Source: Octopus vulgaris | Taxonomy: Eukaryota | Assembly: GCA_951406725.2 (NCBI GenBank) | Contig: OX597822.1 | Location: 12,462,001 to 12,526,000, forward strand | DNA length: 64,000 bases | Direction of reading: 5' to 3' | Shown: one piece after another, positions 1-13,492 of the stretch | Position numbering within the stretch: the stretch's first letter is position 1 | Layout of the letters: each line of letters opens with the position of its first letter | The notes under the pieces: model-generated | Databases searched by the model: none | Told to the model about the DNA's origin: nothing | The model's input: the letters and a program-made list of their open reading frames with translations, nothing else | Position numbers and translations under genes: made by a program

Positions 1-14
1 TAGTAGTAGTAGTA

Positions 15-560
15 TTGAGTGAGAGAGCAGCGCAAGCAATCAAAGTGACACTAGGGTACAAATATACGAAGCCAGGGATACTCATCATGACTACCCGTCT
101 GATAACGGTACCCCAGTTACAAGCATCACAACCATATGTGCGTGACATGCTGATCTCATATCAAGATAAACAGCGTATGACATTGCAAGTGGGGCCCAGT
201 TAGAATTGTCTTCATATTGAGTAGCCCATCCTGTTCAAAAGGTCCCTGAATAAGGGTTGTCTGAGGATGTTGAACGAAAAACCCATGTTTCCAGAGGTGA
301 ATTATACAAACCTCAAAGAATTCCTCTCAACACTTGACCACTCTACTACTTCTGCTCATAATTAGAGATGTACATATCGTCAACCACTATGGGAGACAAG
401 CTCAACTGTTTATGGTCAAACAACTAACAAGCAACTCTGTGGTATTGAGCAGAATATTTGTTGTAGCCAATTTTTTACCAATACAAAACAATGTACATGG
501 TAATACTTCAAATCAGTTAAGAAGCCATGAGAGCCACTGCCTGGTACTGCATCAGGGCAT
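15..560. mobile_element. Unclassified interspersed repeat (~550 bp) between microsatellites
   Basis: Complex non-coding island bounded by (TAG)n and (TTC)n. It resembles a repeat I recall from octopus DNA, but there is only one copy here, so this is unverified. Confidence 0.3.
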
Positions 561-1109
561 TTATTTCTTTTTCTTCTTCTTATTTTTCTTCTTCTTCTTC
601 TTCTTCTTCTTCTTCTTCTTCTTCTTCTTCTTCTTCTTCTTCTTCTTCTTTTTCTTCTTCTTCTTCTTTTTCTTCTTCTACTTCTTCTTCTTCAATTTCT
701 TCTTTTTCTTCTCCTTCTTCTTCTTCATCTTCTCCTTCTTTTTCTTCATCTTCTTATTTTTCTTCTTCTACTTCTTCTTCTTCTTCTTCTTCTCCTTCTT
801 CTTCTTCTTCTCCTTCTTTTTCTTCTTCTTCTTATTTTTCTTCTTCTTCTTCTTCTTCTTCTTCTTTTTCTTCTTCTTCTTCTTTTTCTTCTTCTTCTTC
901 TTCGTCTTCTTCTTTTTCTTGTTCTTCTGCTCCTTCTGCTTCTTCTCCTCCTTATCTTCTTGCTCTTCTTATTCTTCTTCTTTCTCCTCCTCTCACTTCT
1001 TCTTATCATCATCATCATCACTACTAAGACCACCATCATTATCGTCATCATCAACACCACCATCATCATCATCATCCTCACCACTACCACCAACAACAAC
1101 AACACCACC

Positions 1110-1140
<31 letters not shown>

Positions 1141-1177
1141 GCAGCAGCAGCAGCAGAAGCAGTAGCAGCAGCAGTAA

Positions 1178-1252
<75 letters not shown>
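561..1252. repeat. Compound trinucleotide array (TTC)n-(ATC/ACC/AAC)n-(AGC)n-(AGT)n
   Basis: Directly visible. Confidence 0.97.
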
Positions 1253-1631
1253 CTGTGTCGTTGTTGATTTTTGCTATTATTGTTGCTTCTTAGTTTCAGA
1301 AAATTATTGTCGATCGTTTCTGCATTATTGATAATCAAGCTCTTCCGAAATAGGTCGTGTAATTGCTGCTTCGTAACGGTGTATATATGTGTGTATATGA
1401 GGAAGGCGAAGTGGGTGGCTCTACGTATGGAGCTGGGAGGGGTGTAAGGGTTATGAGACTGTTTATACATGTATGTATGTATTTATATGCATGCGTGCGT
1501 GTGTGGGGGTGGGGGCATGGGGAACATAATCCGGAGCTCGTATTAACGATTTGTTCTCAGCTGTTTCTTTGAATTAAAATCATACATAGGTTAACGGTTA
1601 AATTATGCCAAAACGTGTGGTATACAAGATG

Positions 1632-1765
<134 letters not shown>

Positions 1766-1935
1766 GTATATATGTAGATATATATATTTGCACGAACATG
1801 ATACAAATGTGCATATGTATATTAGCTAAGACACAAGCAAATGACAGCACACAATTTAATCAAAGACGTACTCATATGCATACATACAAAGATGGATACA
1901 TGTAAACGTATGTATGTATCTATGATACATATACG

Positions 1936-1982
<47 letters not shown>

Positions 1983-2498
1983 ATGTGTGTGTGTGTGCAT
2001 TATCAAGATACAAATGTGCGTATGTATATTACCTGAGAAACTCGTGTATGACAACACACACACATACATACATACATACATTGATGCATGTGTTACGCGT
2101 GGCATGCATGTAAGCTAAGCAAAATGCAAATATCAATAACTATATATTACATGAGCTATTTACACGTGACTGATGCTTCGTATATGTAAGCCTGGCATCG
2201 TATGATTGTGAGCGCAGGTATACAGGACGAGTGAAAGTGGGAGAGGCTGAAGTTATAAAAGATTGGATTGAAAACGAAATAAAATAAATTAAGAAGAGGA
2301 AAGTCATTTAGTTGGACAGAGATCAATATTGACAAGAAGATAAACATGGCGTATATGCATATCGACATTTGTGGCATACATACAGGTGCATAAACTGACA
2401 AACGTAATGGGCAGAGGTGTCGTGTAAGAATATGAACAGCTTATATATATATATATATATATATACATATACATACATACATACATATATATATATAT

Positions 2499-2529
<31 letters not shown>

Positions 2530-2599
2530 AATATACATATATATAGTTTGATATACATATAAATATATAGATAGTTTGATAATATATACCTACATAGCT

Positions 2600-2762
2600 A
2601 GATAGATACGTAGAGAGAAAGATAGATGGATATATATCTAGATAAATAGATAGTTAGATAGGTTGTTTGATAGATCGATAGATAGATAGAGAGAGAGAGA
2701 TTGATAGATAGATTGATAGTTAGATAGATAGATAAATAGAGAGAGAGAGAGAGAGAGAGATA

Positions 2763-2845
<83 letters not shown>
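2600..2845. repeat. (GATA)n/(GA)n microsatellite
   Basis: Directly visible. Confidence 0.97.
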
Positions 2846-2924
2846 CAGACGTACAATCATACAAATATGCCTACATAAACACGCTAACAGTAGCACATAC
2901 GAGTGTGTGTGTGTATGTTTTGCC

Positions 2925-3150
2925 TTTCATCTCTTGCTTGCTTCAGTCATTAGACTGTGGCCATCCTAGAGAACCGCCTTGAAGCATTTTCGGTCGAATG
3001 ATTCGAAACTAGAACTTATTTCCTAAAGCCTGTTACATATTCTATTTTGTCACTTATTCACGTTTGCCTAAACCGGTACGTCACGAGGACGAACTCACAC
3101 CAAGAATGGTTGTTAAGCTATGGTGAGCAACAGAGATAAAAAGACACATG
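2925..3150 (-). mobile_element. Degenerate 3' half of SINE family A
   Basis: ttcagtcattagactgtggccat...ccgcctt matches the reverse complement of the family A tail (cf. 9455-9500). Confidence 0.7.
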
Positions 3151-3293
3151 AATACACATCTTATACTGGCACACACACACATAAATGTATAGTGTCTTAA
3201 TAACCGAAGGGATGCCGGAGCAGATTTCTGTCCTGACACCCGATACTCAGCGTTTTACCATGGCAACTGAATAACTATCGCACATTATTTTAC

Positions 3294-3363
<70 letters not shown>

Positions 3364-3374
3364 GTATGTATATA

Positions 3375-3710
3375 GGAGGCGCAATGGCCCAGTGGTTAGG
3401 GTAGCGGACTCGCGGTCGTAGGATCGCGAAAACACCTAAAAGCTCCACGAGGCTCCGGCAGGGATGGTGGTGATCCCTGCTGTACTCTTTCACCACAACT
3501 TTCTCTCACTCTTACTTCCTGTTTCTGTTGTACCTGTATTTCAAAGGGCCGGCCTTGTCACTCTCTGTGTCACGCTGAATATCCCCGAGAACTACGTTAA
3601 GGGTACACGTGTCTGTGGAGTGCTCAGCCACTTACACGTTAATTTCACGAGCAGGCTGTTCCGTTGATCGGATCAACCGGAACCCTCGTCGTCGTAACCG
3701 ACGGAGTGCT
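3375..3710 (+). mobile_element. tRNA(Arg)-derived SINE family B (OR-type octopus SINE-like), B box deleted
   Basis: A box tggcccagtggttagg, anticodon-like gacTCGcggtc. Homologous to the minus-strand copy at 35698-36073. Confidence 0.85.
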
Positions 3711-3920
3711 TCCATACATATATATATATATATATATATGTATATATGTGTGGGGGGGGGTGTATTACGGAGACGTACTTGCATAGCAAGTGACCTGATT
3801 TCAAATCGTGTGCTGAAACAAAATCAACTGCAGCGTGGAATGTGTTTATAAACCATTAAAAAACAAACAAAAACCGTTAAATTCATTTCAACATTTAAAC
3901 TCCGTGATGCAACAAGGAAT

Positions 3921-3970
3921 TTTGTCAGTGAACAGGTCGCGTTTCAAAGCGACGAAAATATTCTGGCAAA
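3921..3970 (+). ncRNA. Putative minimal type I hammerhead ribozyme, G3-C8 core variant
   Basis: tttgtca-GTGAACA-g-gtcgc(gtttcaaa)gcgac-GAAA-atat-TC-tggcaaa: 7-bp stem I, 5-bp stem II, palindromic stem III (AATATT). Confidence 0.65.
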
Positions 3971-4047
3971 TTAAAATTAAATGTTGAAGTGAATCTAAAG
4001 GTTTTTGTGTGGTTCTTAAATGGCTTATAAACACCTTCCATGCTGCA

Positions 4048-4085
<38 letters not shown>

Positions 4086-4242
4086 TGTATGTGCTATATT
4101 TTGTTGGAATTACAGTGTTAATATAAATAATTATGGGTATATTCATGCATGTTGACTACTAAATGCGTAACATGCCGAAACGTATTGAAACCCTTCCATT
4201 ACTACGTTGCCCCAGCATGGTCACAGCTTTGAACTGAAACTG

Positions 4243-4353
<111 letters not shown>

Positions 4354-4679
4354 AATTATTTATATTCTAATTATTTGTATTAACACTGTAATTCCAACAA
4401 AATATAGCACATACATCTATATATATTTCTGATAAGCAGGCAGTGAACTATAAATTATCTGTGTCTATTTGTATGCATGTGTACTTATAAGTATGCGCAC
4501 ATACAGTCGACTTTTTCTACACACATATATGATTTTTTTATAACATATACATATATTATATACACACCCGAATATATATAAACACATACACACACACACA
4601 TACATATATATATACAAACATGTGTATACATGCACCCCCCTCCATATATATATATATATACATAACTTGTAAATATACA

Positions 4680-4716
<37 letters not shown>

Positions 4717-4771
4717 TGTCGTCAACATATAAATACACACACACATATACAGACACGCACACCATATACCC

Positions 4772-4813
<42 letters not shown>

Positions 4814-5314
4814 ATATGTATGTATGTATGTATATATACACATACACTGTGTGTGTAGCTATTTATGATTCATGTATTTATACAAAAATGTAATAACGAA
4901 ACCACAATTCTAATTTTTAGAATGAGATATATATTTAAAAATTCCTTTCATTTGTGTTCTCCACGAAATCTTAAACTCACAAGAATCTACCAATCTTTTT
5001 TAGCTGTCATTGTTTCCACTTAGCAGTCTCTCCACTTTGCGCTTTCTCTTTTCCCTCTTTCACACTCAACATTTTGTCATTCAGCATTTCTGCGATTCGA
5101 TGACTTTTTATTTCCTTTCTAATAACAAAACCTGCAGAATTCTAGATTTGAGTCGTTCATGTTTATTGATGGAAATGACAGCATATACTGTACGTTGTCA
5201 TAAATTGTGCATCAAACGGAAAAAGTGAAAAAGTGATAGTCTGCGAACAATTCATAATCTTCAATATTATTAAGATGTGTCTACACACACACGCGGAGAG
5301 AGTGAGAGGGATAA

Positions 5315-5730
<416 letters not shown>

Positions 5731-5738
5731 AGGAAAAA

Positions 5739-6309
5739 TATTGAGTTGTCCAGAAAATTCGTGACGATTTTTAAAGGAAAGAAAAAGGTCAATAAATACT
5801 TGCCATTACCCAAGCTTTACCAGGAGATCATGAACGACGGATTTTGATAGGTTGAGTCTTTCTGGTAATTCTCAGGTTGTGCATTATGGGTCATTCTCAA
5901 TTAATGACTTGATTTGGTCTTCATCTCTAGTGGATGGTCTGCCTGATCGCTCTTTATCAATAAGGCTATAATCTCCAGCTCTGAACCTTGCGAACCACTT
6001 CCGTGCAGTTCTATCGGATAAAGTAACATCACCGTAAACTGCGCACATTTCTTTGGTTGCTCGTGAGGCATTTTTCCCTTTACGGAAACAGAAAAAGAAT
6101 CAAGTGCCGAAAATGAACTTTATTATCTTCCATTTTAAAGGGTTACAGAATTAACACAGGTTATAGGAACATACACCTTGTTCCACGAAAAGGTAGCTTA
6201 AACTGTAGAGGTGTAAGTCAAATCCTATTTTATGGACAGAACCATGTTCTAAATTAAGTCGAAATGTAAACTACTATAAATCAGCACAAACTTTCCGGAC
6301 AACCCAATA
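5739..6309 (-). mobile_element. Internally deleted mariner transposon with both TIRs
   Basis: ~30-bp imperfect TIRs (tattgagttgtccagaaa / tttccggacaacccaata) with TA ends. Minus strand encodes a decayed N-terminus: MEDNKVHFRH...RKWFARFRAGDYSLIDKERSGRP...; the catalytic domain is missing. Confidence 0.92.
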
Positions 6310-6624
6310 GATGAAAAAGGCAAAAACAATTATATGAACTTCATTAGCTGATAGTTGTTCCCGCTATTAGACGAGGTGGACTTCATGAGGGGAAAAACCA
6401 TGTGTGATACTGCTATGAATATATAAAGTGTTACGCAATCACTCAACTGTTAGTCCGTCGCATATTCAAATGGAAACAGCTGTAAGATAATAGAGTTGGT
6501 CTGATGATCGTTTATGAGCTTTCATCTGCATTTTTTTTATTACCGCTTTATACCCGATGAACGCTTCAGTTAGAAACCTACGCATGTTGAGTTCTACATC
6601 AAGTTCGTAGTATCGCAATGCGTA

Positions 6625-6851
6625 AATCGTTAGCACGCCGGGCGAAATGCGTAGCCGTATTTCGTCTGGCGTTACGTTCTGAGTTCAAATTCCGCCTAGG
6701 TCGACTTTGCCTTTCATCCTCTCGGGGTCGATAAATAAAGTACCAGTTACGCACTGGGGTCGATGTAATCGACTTGATCCGTTTGTCTGTCCTTGTTTAT
6801 CTGTCCTTGTTTGTCCCCTCTGTGTTTGGCCCCTTGTGGGTAGTAAAGAAT
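6625..6851 (+). mobile_element. tRNA-derived SINE family C (Meta-domain-like), 5' truncated
   Basis: B box gagttcaaattcc and central gcctttcatcct.tcggggtcgataaa.taagtaccag. Homologous to 25903-26131. Confidence 0.85.
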
Positions 6852-6889
6852 AATATATGTATATATATATATATATATATACACATGTA

Positions 6890-8345
6890 TAGGGTGCGTG
6901 AGGTATTTGAGGACAACTTTTTGGGGTCATTGCTGCATTTTTTGCTTTGTTTCAGAAAATAATAATGGCAGACCCTCAGCTTACTCAAGAAATGAAGATG
7001 CAAAGTGTTATTGTGGTTATAAAGGCTGAGTATAGCGATTTTGAAATATCTCGATTTTTGAAGTTGCCAGATCTTCTGTTTACAAAGTTTGTAAGGAGTT
7101 AGAGACTGAAGATGAAAACGTATCACCAGTATCGAAGCATAAAAAGCATTCTAAACGCTCTGAAATCATAAGAACACATGAATTTATCAAACAAATATAT
7201 ATAGGCGCTGGAGTGCTATCTGGTAAGTAGCTTGCTTACCAACCACATAGTTCCGGGTACAGTCCCACTGCGTGGCACCTCAGGCAAGTATCTTCTACTA
7301 TAGTCTCGGGCCGACCAAAGCCTTGTGAGTGGATTTGGTAGACGGAAACTGAAAGAAGCCCGTCGTATATATGTATATATATGTATATGTATGTGTGTGT
7401 ATATGTTTTTGTGCCTGTGTTTGTCCCCCCAACATCGCTTGACAACCGATGGTGGTGTGTTTGTGTCCCCGTAACATAGCGGTTCGACAAAAGAGATCGA
7501 TAGAATCAGTACTAGGCTTACAAAGAATAAGTCCTGGGATCTATTTGCTCGACTAAAAGCGGTGCTTCAGCATGGCCGCAGTCAAATGACTGAAACAAGC
7601 AAAGAAGAAAAAAAATATAGAAAGAAAAGACCATTGATTACAATCCAGAAAATTCATGAGGTCAATTGCAAAAATCTCCATATGTCAGAAGGAACAGTCA
7701 GAAATGTTGTCCAAGAAGACATCAGATGTGAATCTTATAGGGTGAGGAAAGGTCAATTTGTTAGAAAAAGCAAAAGAAACCCGCTATATCAGATCTAAAA
7801 CGTTCTTAAACAAACAGAAAATCCAGCAGAAGATTTAATTTGTTTTTTCTCAAATGAGAAAAACTTCGACCAAGATCAACAGGTTAACAGATGAAATGAC
7901 AGACGGTTTTGAGCTGACGCTCCTGAAATTCTAAGTGTCATACATACAAAATTTCCTGCAACTGTCATGGTTTTAGAAGTTGTCAGCAATGAAGGACATG
8001 TAATGCCTCCTACTTTTTCCACAAGGCCTACATTGAGTTGACTCTACCGCCTACATTGTAATCCTGGATATAATTGTTAAGCCCTGCATAGGTAGTGTAT
8101 GCAATGGAAGGCCATAGGTGCTTCAATATGACTCTGCACTATCAAACATGGCTCTACCAACACAGGAATCGATGGATGAAAATTTTCATCATCACATTAC
8201 CCTTAACATTCGGCCTCTTAATTTCCCAAATCTCAGTCCATTGGACAATTACATGTGAAGCGTTGTTGAGAGAGAGGCCAAAGAACACGCCCACAACACC
8301 AAAAATTCTTTGAAAGCTGCCACTGTCAGTGTAATGTCCAAAAGG
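6890..8345 (+). mobile_element. Decayed maT/DD37D-type Tc1-mariner transposase, interrupted by a SINE
   Basis: Fragments HMSEGTVRNVVQEDIR, FFSNEKNFDQDQQVNR*NDR, FPATVMVLEVVSNEGHVMPP and a PNSPDLNPLD-like motif; many stops and frameshifts. Confidence 0.85.
7204..7616 (+). mobile_element. tRNA-derived SINE family A (CORE-like ccttgggcaagt, internal TA/TG repeat), full length
   Basis: tRNA-like head, internal microsatellite and tail gcatggccgcagtcaaatgactgaaac. At least six near-complete copies occur in the window. Confidence 0.92.
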
Positions 8346-8786
8346 AACTGTCAGAGTAATGTCCAGTTAGTGACACTTTCCGACTTCGTATGTGCTCTTG
8401 CTCCCCTTATTCCATTGTATCCTTCGTCTATTGACCGGCAATCTTTCGTTACACATCGGTGACCTCTTCAATGGACATGAGTTACAATGAGAAATAAAAA
8501 AAAAACGAGTGGATGACGAATATGTTTTGTGTGTGTGTTTATTTAGCAACAAAGAAAATGACCATCCCGAAATACAATAATAGTTACATTCTAAATTAAG
8601 TATATAAGGTCGTATTCAGATTTTTCAAGAGCTTTAATATATGATGGGTTTTTATAAGATGCGACACTACAAGTGTTCTCTGAATGAGCGCTGCACATAC
8701 TTTATCGAAAAAGTGGGTATTCCATTTCAATCTCCCAAAAACATTTTTGTTTTATGCTTTAATTACATACACACACACACACACAC

Positions 8787-8971
<185 letters not shown>

Positions 8972-9003
8972 GAGGTTTAAAAATGCAACTTTAAAGATGT
9001 TTA

Positions 9004-9051
9004 TTCACTTGACCGGTTTCACTTTTTTAGAAAAAGATTGTCAAAAGTAAA
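9004..9051 (-). ncRNA. Putative minimal hammerhead, U3-A8 variant (left arm of fold-back)
   Basis: Reverse complement of the motif at 9237-9284. Confidence 0.6.
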
Positions 9052-9236
9052 ATGTAAAAACTTTGTAAAATATTTGTTGTGTTAAGTACTGGTTGTCACA
9101 AAATATTACATACAATACATACATACATTATTTTGTAATAATAAGAAAATGTAACATTTTTATATTATTACCAAAGAATGTATATATGTATTGTAACCAG
9201 TACTTAACACAACAAAGCTTTTACAAAGCTTTACAT

Positions 9237-9284
9237 TTTACTTTTGACAATCTTTTTCTAAAAAAGTGAAACCGGTCAAGTGAA
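9237..9284 (+). ncRNA. Putative minimal hammerhead, U3-A8 variant
   Basis: tttactt-TTGACAA-t-cttttt(cta)aaaaag-t-GAAA-ccgg-TC-aagtgaa: 7-bp stem I, palindromic ACCGGT stem III, GUC triplet. Confidence 0.6.
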
Positions 9285-9362
9285 TAAACATCTTTAAAAT
9301 TGCATTTTCAAACCTCCTTTCATATATATTTCCACTCGTGCGGCACCTTATATTTCACTTTG

Positions 9363-9432
<70 letters not shown>

Positions 9433-9434
<2 letters not shown>

Positions 9435-9852
9435 TCTTTACTCTTTACTCTTTTACTTGTTTCAGTCATTTGACTGCGGCCATGCTGGAGCACCGCCTTT
9501 AGTCGAGCAAATCGACCCCGGGACTTATTCTTTGTAAGCCCCAGTACTTATTCTATCGGTCTCTTTTTGCCGAACCGCTAAGTGACGGGGACGTAAACAC
9601 ACCAGCATCGGTTGCCAAGCAATGCTAGGGGGACAAACACAGACACACAAACATACACACACACACACATATATATATATACCTATATACGACAGGCTTC
9701 TTTCAATTTCCGTCTACCAAATCCACTCACAAGGCATTGGTCGGCCCGGGGCTATAGCAGAAGACACTTGCCCAAGATGCCACGCAGTGGGACTGAACCC
9801 GGAACCATGTGGTTGGTTAGCAAGCTACTTACCACACAGTCACTCCTGCGCC
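9433..9852 (-). mobile_element. SINE family A, full length, (AAAGAGT)n tail
   Basis: Reverse complement of the 7204 and 18994 copies. Confidence 0.93.
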
Positions 9853-9997
9853 TGTATATATATATATACACATTTGAAATTATAGATGAATCCGTGTAGG
9901 AAACGATATTTTGATTATGTTTATACACCCTTTTGTGTGGTTAAAGAATGCGTATATAGTAATATTCATCTTTGTCATTCTCTCCCCTATGTCGGCT

Positions 9998-10032
<35 letters not shown>

Positions 10033-10808
10033 AGATAGATAGATACAGAGAGAGAGAGAGAGTGATTGGTATGTATAGTTTGTATGTGTATGTACGTGTG
10101 TATGCATCTATGTACGTATGTTCGTATTTGCAGTTATATTTTATACGTTCGTGGGTACTCGCGTCCAAGACACTTTCACTACGAAAACTTTCTCGGGAGA
10201 CAAATTTTCCTCGTGGACAATGTGAGTGAAAGTACACCATTGGAGTACAAATGGTGTTATTGTACAAAAGAATACGTGTTTCTGCATTGTTGCACGTTAA
10301 CTTTGAGGAACAGCCTCATATGTAATACCTCTAAGGAAAATATCCATTTCATGTGTGTTCAAGAACGTGTTGCATATAATTGAACAAAACTATATTTTAA
10401 TACATGGAGCTTCAGGCGCCAGTAGTTTATACATACATACATACATAATACATGCATACACGTATATGCATTGATACATACGTAAACATACTTATATAGA
10501 TACATACATGAAATTGTATATATACATACCTGTAAATGCATACAAATGTATATATGCAGCGATGAACTTACGTGCGTATTGGTATCGGTAAAATATTGTA
10601 TACATTTATATGCATGTCAGTGTATGGCATAATTAGTAAAGTCATCTAACAATAGGCTTTAATATCTAGACAACAAAAGCCATACATAATTATCCACAGA
10701 GCATCGCAGAAAACAGAGGAAAAGAAGACAACAAATGGGCTACAAATGGCGGACTATAGCAGAACAGAACATTAAAACCACCAAAATCACCAGAGATAAC
10801 AATAATTT

Positions 10809-10878
<70 letters not shown>

Positions 10879-11799
10879 GCGTGTACATATATCTACATAT
10901 ATATATGTTTATATATACACATATATATTATATATGTTCATATATATACATATATAGTTTATATATATATATTCATACATACGTGCATACATACAAACAT
11001 ATATTATGTGACAAAAATTAGAATACATATACTTCATAAAGTAAGCCATAAAAATGGTGTAAAGACAGATACAACATGTGTTAGTTTTGATTAAAAAAAA
11101 ACGTATTGCTTGCACTTTTAAAATACCGCAGTTTGTCTCCTCATAATAATGTAAAGGCTAAAAGTTTAACGTAATTGCTAGAGCCGTGGATTATAAATAT
11201 CAATTCTCGTCTGTCGTTAAACCTTTCGTTTAATTCGCATGCAACAAATACACGACACATATACATAGACAAAAGCTTCCTAGCATATATATGTGTAGGT
11301 AAGTATATACATACATGTATGTATACATACATAAATACATACACACATACATACATACATGCATACATACATACATACATACATACATACATACATACAT
11401 ACATACATACATACATACATACAAATGTTTATATGAACATGTACACATCAATTAGAACACATTTTATAAAATAAACCAAAAAACAACAATAACGTCGGCA
11501 GACACAAAAACAGCAAGTGTTAGTTCTGATTTTAAAAATGGTTTGCTTGTACTTTTAAAATAGCTTAGTTTGTCTTGTAACATTTTAAAGACCAAAAGTA
11601 TTTGCCGATTCCTCCAGGTTTACTTCGAAATGTCAGAAGGTAACGACCCTGATCAAACTGCACCGACCATGGTACCAGGTTGTATGTCTAACAGTGTTCA
11701 ATCGCTGGAGTTGAAACCCGTGTAGTTCTCGCAAAGTTGCTGTAAATAACAGTTAAATTAAATTGAGGATATCAAAAATCTCCGTTCTCATTATAATTC

Positions 11800-11852
<53 letters not shown>

Positions 11853-12004
11853 ATAGAGTGTTAGGTGTGGCGTACAGCAATTGAATATTGAAATATATAT
11901 ATATATATGCATTCAGACCATACGACACACACGTATATATGTACAAGCAGACATCTATCAATCTATCTATCTATCTATGTATCTATTACTTAGATAACTT
12001 ATAT

Positions 12005-12478
12005 AGTGGTCCAAGCCATGTCTAAACTTCATAGCACCACATAATAGGATTAGCTTAATCCTTTTTATGTCAAGTTTTTGTAGTATCATGGTCCGTTCGA
12101 GTAGGGAGTTCTTGTTGAGTGATTTGCGTCCAAGTACAGAAGGCTTATCTGGTATTCCTTGCAGAAATTTGTCCAGATTCCGTTTGAAGGTGATGGGATC
12201 CTTTTCCTCTTTTAACTATTTCGGGACAATGTTAAATAGGGCAGGACCTGTTAAGGAGCAGTAATTGTGTGGCAGTGTATGTATGTGTTGTGATCCTGAA
12301 CTGGATAGGAGACGTATAGCCCTAGGATAGATTTTCAAGCTAATGTTGAGGTCGTTTGGGCAATACTGGTGATATATTCTCCACGGCAGCAATGGAGAGA
12401 ATAGTTTCAATGGTTTAACGCGTTTCCAATAATCGAGATCAGCCATGTCCTTAATTATTTTAGTGAATATCTTCTGGT
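12005..12478 (-). mobile_element. CR1-clade LINE 3' fragment
   Basis: ORF MADLDYWKRVKPLKLFS...SLTGPALFNIVPK is homologous to the copy at 20627-21512. Confidence 0.85.
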
Positions 12479-12955
12479 ATAAATATTTAGGCTTTTTTCA
12501 TAAACCTTGCTCGTTCAGACTTAGTTAACTGAATGAAGAGGAAGACTAAGATGGCTACCGCTCTGTAGTAGAGAGAAGCGAATCACAGTGATCCACTTTC
12601 AATTGACAACTTCCCGGTCATCTACACGCCATAACTCATCCCTTATTTAATGATTTGTACTCATATAGAGTAATTGTTTTCAGGTAACTACAATTTTCCC
12701 GTTACCACACAAATTATTTAACACCATTCTCACATTTTATTCAATGAAGAGCATGTCGTTCGAAATGTTTTTAAAGATACACTCTGCACTGGCCTCCCGA
12801 TATCGTTGTTGAATTATATTCTATTTTTACATTCTCATAGATTGATGTGTTGTTACGAAATTGGTTATCAAACTACATGGTATTTTTGTTCCATCCCACG
12901 ACGTGAGACTTAAATATGTGTGTGTGCATGTGTGTGTGTGTATCCATCTGCATAT

Positions 12956-13013
<58 letters not shown>

Positions 13014-13015
<2 letters not shown>

Positions 13016-13419
13016 TAAGTAGATGAATGAATTATCCTAGCATGGAAAATTCGGTTAACCGATACCTGGGTAGCAAATTCACGTCAGAAAACACGGTTGA
13101 AGCGACCTATTAAGGGTAGAAACTCCGGGTTCTTATGTGGAAATTTGTGTGTTTTTTATATGAATAAATGAAAGAATGGAGTTGAACGAAGATTTTAACA
13201 AAATTCCTTTACTCTCGACACATGTTTCGAAGCCGGCATACTTTTAATTCCGAAGGAATAAATGGTGCATTATGCCATCTTCTCATCAGGAAAGATAAGG
13301 AGCCTCTTTCAGCCACAAGACGACCATTTATTCCTACGGAATTAAAAGTATGCCGTCTTCGAAACATGTGTCGAGAGTAAAGGAATTTTGTTAAAATCTT
13401 CGTTCGACTCCATTCTTTC

Positions 13420-13428
<9 letters not shown>
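13014..13428. mobile_element. PLE-type terminal-repeat fold-back element in (TA)n
   Basis: ~105-bp inverted arms (13163-13268 vs 13324-13425) carrying a hammerhead. A deleted sister copy lies at 16067-16210. Confidence 0.7.
13212..13294 (-). ncRNA. Type I hammerhead ribozyme, canonical core, extended stem II
   Basis: Minus strand: ctttc-CTGATGA-gaagatggcata...tatgccggcttc-GAAA-catgtg-TC-gagag. Confidence 0.82.

Positions 13429-13492
<64 letters not shown>

Noticed and set aside
334-1331. Long poly-F/S/R/V ORFs
   Set aside because: They are open only because they run through trinucleotide repeats.
6330-6600. GAAACAGCTGTA and CCGATGA...GAAAC hammerhead-like pieces
   Set aside because: No consistent stem I/II could be assigned; at most old remnants.
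7570-7605. SINE tail hairpin followed by GAAAC as a hammerhead
   Set aside because: No 7-nt core upstream; better explained as a LINE-recognition stem-loop.
11600-11755. Unique sequence with splice-like sites as a host exon
   Set aside because: All frames are short or stopped, with no recognisable protein.
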